64,000 nucleotides of DNA from Pachysolen tannophilus NRRL Y-2460 (taxonomy: Eukaryota): NCBI GenBank assembly GCA_001661245.1, contig KV454012.1, forward strand, positions 1,012,848 through 1,076,847. The letters are read 5' to 3'. Under the pieces are notes generated by a model, which saw only the letters and a program-made list of their open reading frames with translations, searched no databases and was not told the DNA's origin. A program made the position numbers and the translations under genes. Position 1 is the first letter of the stretch. Each line of letters starts with the position of its first letter. Below are positions 58,770 through 64,000 of the stretch, one piece after another.

Positions 58770-59372
58770 ATGCTTTCAGTTGAACTTGGTAAAAACATTG
58801 ATATATTACCTATTTTCCCATTACAAGAAAGAATTCAAGAGTTAGAAGAGTGTCATTGTGATTCTTGTAAAATTAATAGAAAATTATCCAGTTATTCTTC
58901 AAAGGTAAGAAAGAACATGAACATATATATATATATATATATTCTTTTTTCCCCAGGTTTAATTTAAAATTAATTTACTAATAACATTTTCTAGTTTTTC
59001 TTTTTGGGATTCTTGGTTCTTCCTTTATGGTTAATTAATGTCTTGGGTTTATTAACAAATTTATTTTTTTCAAATAAATTTAAACTGTCGCCTTTACTAT
59101 TGGAAATTAGGAAAAAAAATTTAGACTTAACTTTTGAAGATTCGTTTGGTAATCAAGGATTAGATTCAACATTAACAGAATTATCACCACCACCACCACC
59201 ACCATCTTACAGTAACTCTAGTGATAATTTTATTGTTGACAGAATTACCCATAACCATTTTAATTTGAAAAAAAAAATTAATACATGGGGGTTACGCTCA
59301 TTAGTTGCAATTTCTAGTTACATTTTAACATTTATAATGATTTATCTTATTGCTGAAAAATCAGTTTATTAA
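58770..59372 (+). CDS. Unknown 170-aa membrane protein, 2 exons
   Basis: A phase-0 intron at 58905-58994 (GTAAGA...TACTAAT...TAG) joins two ORF-track fragments. The product has CHCDSC and two hydrophobic segments. Confidence 0.65.
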
Positions 59373-59428
59373 ATTATCCAGCCTCCATCCCATATAAGAA
59401 TATATATATAAATAAATAAATTTTCATT

Positions 59429-60912
59429 TTATCCCATAATTGAAGCAATTGTCCCCGATATGGCAAATAAGCAACTTACCAATACACCAATATATAAACA
59501 TATTTTATTAAAACGACTTAATTTATTTTTAAATATTTTTAAATAAAATAATAATGGTAAAGTAACACATACTGTAAAACAAATTGCTGAACCTAAAAAT
59601 GCCATTATTTTACCAAAACTTGTAAAAATCATAGAAATTATTAAAAAAAAGATATAGACAAATAGTCTACTTAATAATTTTTTAATAAATCTTGAATTTT
59701 CATTTTTTGAAAAATCAATATTTAAAATAGATTTTTCAAATGTTGATATAAGAGGTCTTGTTACAATTGGTAATTTAGCAATTGGAAGTAACCCCATTAA
59801 TAAACAAATAATAGTAGGGATCCAAGAAGGATAACCTTGTTGTAACATTATATTTTTAGTAATTTCATCTTCAACATTTGAACCAAACATTAAAAATCCA
59901 GTTAAACCAATAAATAAATCAATAAACCAAGTAAATGTAAAAGTAATAATCATTGAAAATTGAGCTTCTTTCAGTGGACGTTTCATATCACTAATTATTT
60001 CAGGTAATACAACATGACCACCATAATTTGCCATAAATATTGATATTGAAATTAATAAATCATTAATATTTTTAGGCCATAAATAATTTTTATTAAAAAT
60101 TGGAGATAAAAGTGAACCTGGTGAATTTTTTTTGAAAAAACCAGCACAAAATATTATAATTACAACACCACTTGTACAAATAATACCAATAAATGAAAAA
60201 ATTGAAAGAATATTTAATGGAAGAAAACTTAAACCAAAAACCAAACAAAGAATTATTAATTTAAAAATAAAAGGATCAACATTTATGAAAAAAGTATGGA
60301 AACTATCACTAAATAATAATATTAATGCTAATGAAGCACCAATAAGATCAAATGCAAAAGTTATAAAAATTGCAAAATTTAATTTATCACCAATTAAATA
60401 TTTACCTAATTCATTATAAGTATTAAATTTGTTATTTTCAATATAACATTTACTCAATAATATAGCACTATATTGTGTTGATAAACAACACAAGATTAAA
60501 AAAAAATTCCTAATATCCATCCAGATAATTTAAATGCAAATGGTAATGATAATAAACCTATACCTATTATAACATTAATTGAATTAAAAATTGTTTGAGA
60601 AGCTGTAGATTTACCTTTAATTGTTGAATCAGTTAAGATAATCCCACTTCGATTACTCCTAGATGAAGTTAACTCCAACAACCCAGAAGTTTCATTAATA
60701 ACTTCAACTTCAGAATCTTCATTGATCTCATCAGTATCCAGTATCCGTCGCCGCCTTTCAAAATTATACTCATCGTTATCTTTATACCTCGCATTATTAT
60801 TACTAGTTTGATTCTCAATACCTACAGGTAAAGAAGCAAAACTATTTGAACCTTTAGAACTCAACTCCTCGGCGCTTACCGCCTTCAAGCCATCATCTGG
60901 CTCAATCTCCAT
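59429..60912 (-). CDS. AVT1: Vacuolar amino-acid transporter, Avt1-like, with a frame break at a T9 run
   Basis: [23 protein letters not shown]...GWILG continues in the -1 frame as LILCC...DLIG...YGGH..P...FLGS. Break at 60498-60506. Confidence 0.8.
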
Positions 60913-61431
60913 TACAACTATAATTCCTATATTATTTCTATTTTTTAACAATATAATAATAATAATAATAATAATAGTATTTATTATATGTTGTTCCTAC
61001 AATAAACGTTATCTGTTGTCGTCTGTCTGTCACTAAAAGACTAAAAGACATCACTTAATTAACGTCAAACGACAAGGTTTAAACAGCAAATATACATTAC
61101 ATATATACATTTACACTGATAAAAGAATTAAATTAAATTTATTAAAAGCAAATAAATAAACAAAATTAATTACTATATAACATAATCATTATATGATTAT
61201 TCATTCACCCTATAACTCAATATCTAATTACCTAACTATCTTTATTACTCACTACTTCTTCTTCTCTTTTTAATTACGGTCAAACATAAAGCAATATCCT
61301 AATTAAGAAATAAAACTTTTTAATGAAAAAAAAAAAAGAAAAAGAAAAAAGAAAAAAGTTAAAAAAAACCCTAAAAAAGAAGTAAATTAATTTAATCATC
61401 ATTTAAATTATTTAATATTTAAAATTTTATT

Positions 61432-61476
<45 letters not shown>

Positions 61477-61992
61477 GTGTATGATTATTAAATTTAAATC
61501 ATCAGTTTTTTTGATTTGATTTTTCATTATTTCAGTTAGTTTCATATAATATCCATATATACATATAATTATAATATGTATTTTTAGATAAAGTAAGTTG
61601 AATAATATATAAAAAAAAAACCTCTTTTGTTTTCCTTGGCGCTTTGAAAATTTGGTTAAGCTAACTTTTATTTAAATGATTTTTTAGATTTAAAAATAAA
61701 GATTAAATAAGTAAAGATTGCCAATACAGGGTTAGGTTGTTGTTTTCTTTTTTTTTTTTGTTTTTTTTTTCTTTTTTGTTTTCTTGTTTTGTTTTGTTTT
61801 GTCTTGTGTTAAGAAACATTTTCACTTCTATTGAAGTTGAATTTCAAATAATAGTTTGTTGAGAGAAAGAGAACCGCTAATAGTTTTTTTTAAGAGGTAA
61901 CAAGTGTGAATTAATCATTTGTTTATCGGCGCTTAATTATTTAATAGTTGAAAGTGGGGGAAAAAGAAACCCAAAAATTACGAGAAAAAAAA

Positions 61993-62024
<32 letters not shown>

Positions 62025-62138
62025 GATACCAATAGCGCTTAATCTATTGTTAAATAGCAGAGGGAAAGTTGATGTTTTTGGGTTTTTCCTGAAAAAAAAT
62101 AAAAAGAAAGAAAAGATTTATAAGAAACAGTAGCGAAT

Positions 62139-64000
62139 ATGGTTTTAGTTAATGGAGTCAAGTACGCATGTGAAAGATGTATTAGGGGACATAGAGTTAC
62201 AACATGTACACATACAGATCAGCCGTTGATGATGATTAAGCCAAAGGGGAGACCAAGTACAACTTGTGAACATTGTAAAGCTGCAAGGAAAAATAAAAAT
62301 CAACATGCAAGTTGTAACTGTGGTAAGAGGACAAATCCTTCTCAACTGGAACATGATGAAGAGTGTAATTGTAGGAAAATGGAGTTGTGTACCTGTCAAT
62401 CTAAAAAGAAGAAACTGCCAACTTTGAAGAAGAAAGATCTGCTGCAACAACAGTTTCAGTTACAGCAGCAGCAACAACAACAACAACAACATCCGAATAA
62501 AAACCAAGGTCAAAGTGCGGGGCAATTCAATACCTCTATTGATAACGATTTTTCTCTATTCCAAAGATCAAATCTTCATAATTTAGATAATAATGATACA
62601 AATAACTCTAGTGAAAGTTTCCATATTCAACAACCTTTACCAACTTCATCATTTGATATGAGTCTTTCTGGTTCTTTATCAAGTGATATGTCAAATTTAG
62701 CAACACATTCAAGTAGTGTTGCTTCAAATTTAAACAATTTGAATGATAACGCTTCTATTTATAATCAAAATATTAAACAGGTTGGTATGGAAATTTTACA
62801 TAATTTTAGACCCAATACACCTCAAACTAGGGCTAGAGTTGGTGAAGTTAGTGTCCCAATAGATGAATACGTTGCTCCTTTACAACAAATGAATAATAAT
62901 TTGAGTACTTTATTTGGTAATGAGCAGGATAAAAAAACTACTCATGGTACTAATAATAATAATATTAATAATATTAATAATAATAATAACAATAATAATA
63001 ACAATAGTAATAGCAACGTTGAAGAGGATTTCAGAAATGACGATATATCAAATGGTAATACTAGCAATAATGTTATTAGTGATGATATGGGAAGGGCAGA
63101 TAGTGGTATGTCTAATGGTGTATTATCAGACTTGCCAGTTCCATTCCCTGGGTCCGGGTTGTTGGATTTATTTTCTTCTGAAAATAAAAATGAATATGTT
63201 AACGGTAATAATATTAATAATAATAATAATAATAATAACATGAACATTAATTCCAGCAATTTTAACCAACAACAGCAACAAAGGCAATATACAAATCATA
63301 TGAATGCATCCAGTACAAGCATAAACACAACTGCATCTAATAGAAATTCTAACTACAATTTACAATCACCTCAACTATCAGAACTTTCCCCTTCAAACAC
63401 AGGAAATAATGATTCTCATGGTCCTGAAGGAATATTCCCATTGTTTTCATTAGTTGGACCTTCTACAAATTCACCTACTTCTGAAGCTGATTCAAGTAGA
63501 TCATCATTAACCCATAGTAGGGAATCATCCAATAGTATTATAGGCTACCATTTAAATCATCAATCTTCAAGTAATCATTTACAACATTATTACCAACAGT
63601 TACCTGCTCAACATGCACCACATAATATCAATAATAGTAATTTGAATAGCACTAACAGTATAAATAGTAGTAGTGGTTCAGGAGGACTACATCATGTTCA
63701 TGGTCATTATCAAAATCATTTTTCACCTTATCCGGCACCAAAGAGATCAGGAAGTTTCTTATCTATTGCAAGTAGTACCACTTCTACAAATGATTTATTA
63801 TCAAATTCTTCGAGACCTCCATTATACAGTGTGAATAGTACTGATTCTTTAGCAAGTTTACAACATCAACAAACTTTAACAAAGAGCAATACAAATACCA
63901 CCGCGTATAATGGGGCGATCTCAAATAATAATATGAATTCATCTGCTGCTACTAATGCTGCTGCAAATAATTTTCTTACTAACATTAGCGATAACAGCGG
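62139..64000 (+). CDS. HAA1: Copper-fist transcription factor Haa1/Ace1, 3'-truncated (absent from ORF track)
   Basis: MVLVNGVKYACERCIRGHRVTTCTHTDQPLMMIKPKGRPSTTCEHCK and the Haa1-type TRARVGEVSVPIDEY. The frame appears open to the window end. Confidence 0.9.
   Translation, partial: MVLVNGVKYACERCIRGHRVTTCTHTDQPLMMIKPKGRPSTTCEHCKAARKNKNQHASCNCGKRTNPSQLEHDEECNCRKMELCTCQSKKKKLPTLKKKDLLQQQFQLQQQQQQQQQHPNKNQGQSAGQFNTSIDNDFSLFQRSNLHNLDNNDTNNSSESFHIQQPLPTSSFDMSLSGSLSSDMSNLATHSSSVASNLNNLNDNASIYNQNIKQVGMEILHNFRPNTPQTRARVGEVSVPIDEYVAPLQQMNNNLSTLFGNEQDKKTTHGTNNNNINNINNNNNNNNNNSNSNVEEDFRNDDISNGNTSNNVISDDMGRADSGMSNGVLSDLPVPFPGSGLLDLFSSENKNEYVNGNNINNNNNNNNMNINSSNFNQQQQQRQYTNHMNASSTSINTTASNRNSNYNLQSPQLSELSPSNTGNNDSHGPEGIFPLFSLVGPSTNSPTSEADSSRSSLTHSRESSNSIIGYHLNHQSSSNHLQHYYQQLPAQHAPHNINNSNLNSTNSINSSSGSGGLHHVHGHYQNHFSPYPAPKRSGSFLSIASSTTSTNDLLSNSSRPPLYSVNSTDSLASLQHQQTLTKSNTNTTAYNGAISNNNMNSSAATNAAANNFLTNISDNS

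Overview
AT-rich budding-yeast (Saccharomycotina) genomic DNA with about 31 protein-coding genes, two N-gaps, and no tRNA, rRNA, transposon or CRISPR that I can support. In-frame CTG codons fall at positions I recall as Ala in orthologues (RSM10, TPI1). This points to the CUG-Ala genetic code (Pachysolen/Nakazawaea/Peterozyma clade; Pachysolen tannophilus is plausible but inferred), so the supplied ORF track likely mistranslates CTG as Leu. The ORF track misses at least 11 spliceosomal introns, a three-exon SEM1, the HAA1 gene running off the right end, and a box C/D snoRNA (snR47) inside the intron of an apparently non-coding host transcript upstream of ECM2. SWE1 and an AVT1-like gene are each split by a -1 frame break at a T-run. 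SWE1 also carries 16 CTG codons within 47 codons. Gene content matches two pairs of S. cerevisiae whole-genome-duplication (WGD) sister regions (II/IV and IX/XIV). Orthologue assignments come from recalled motifs; no database search was run.
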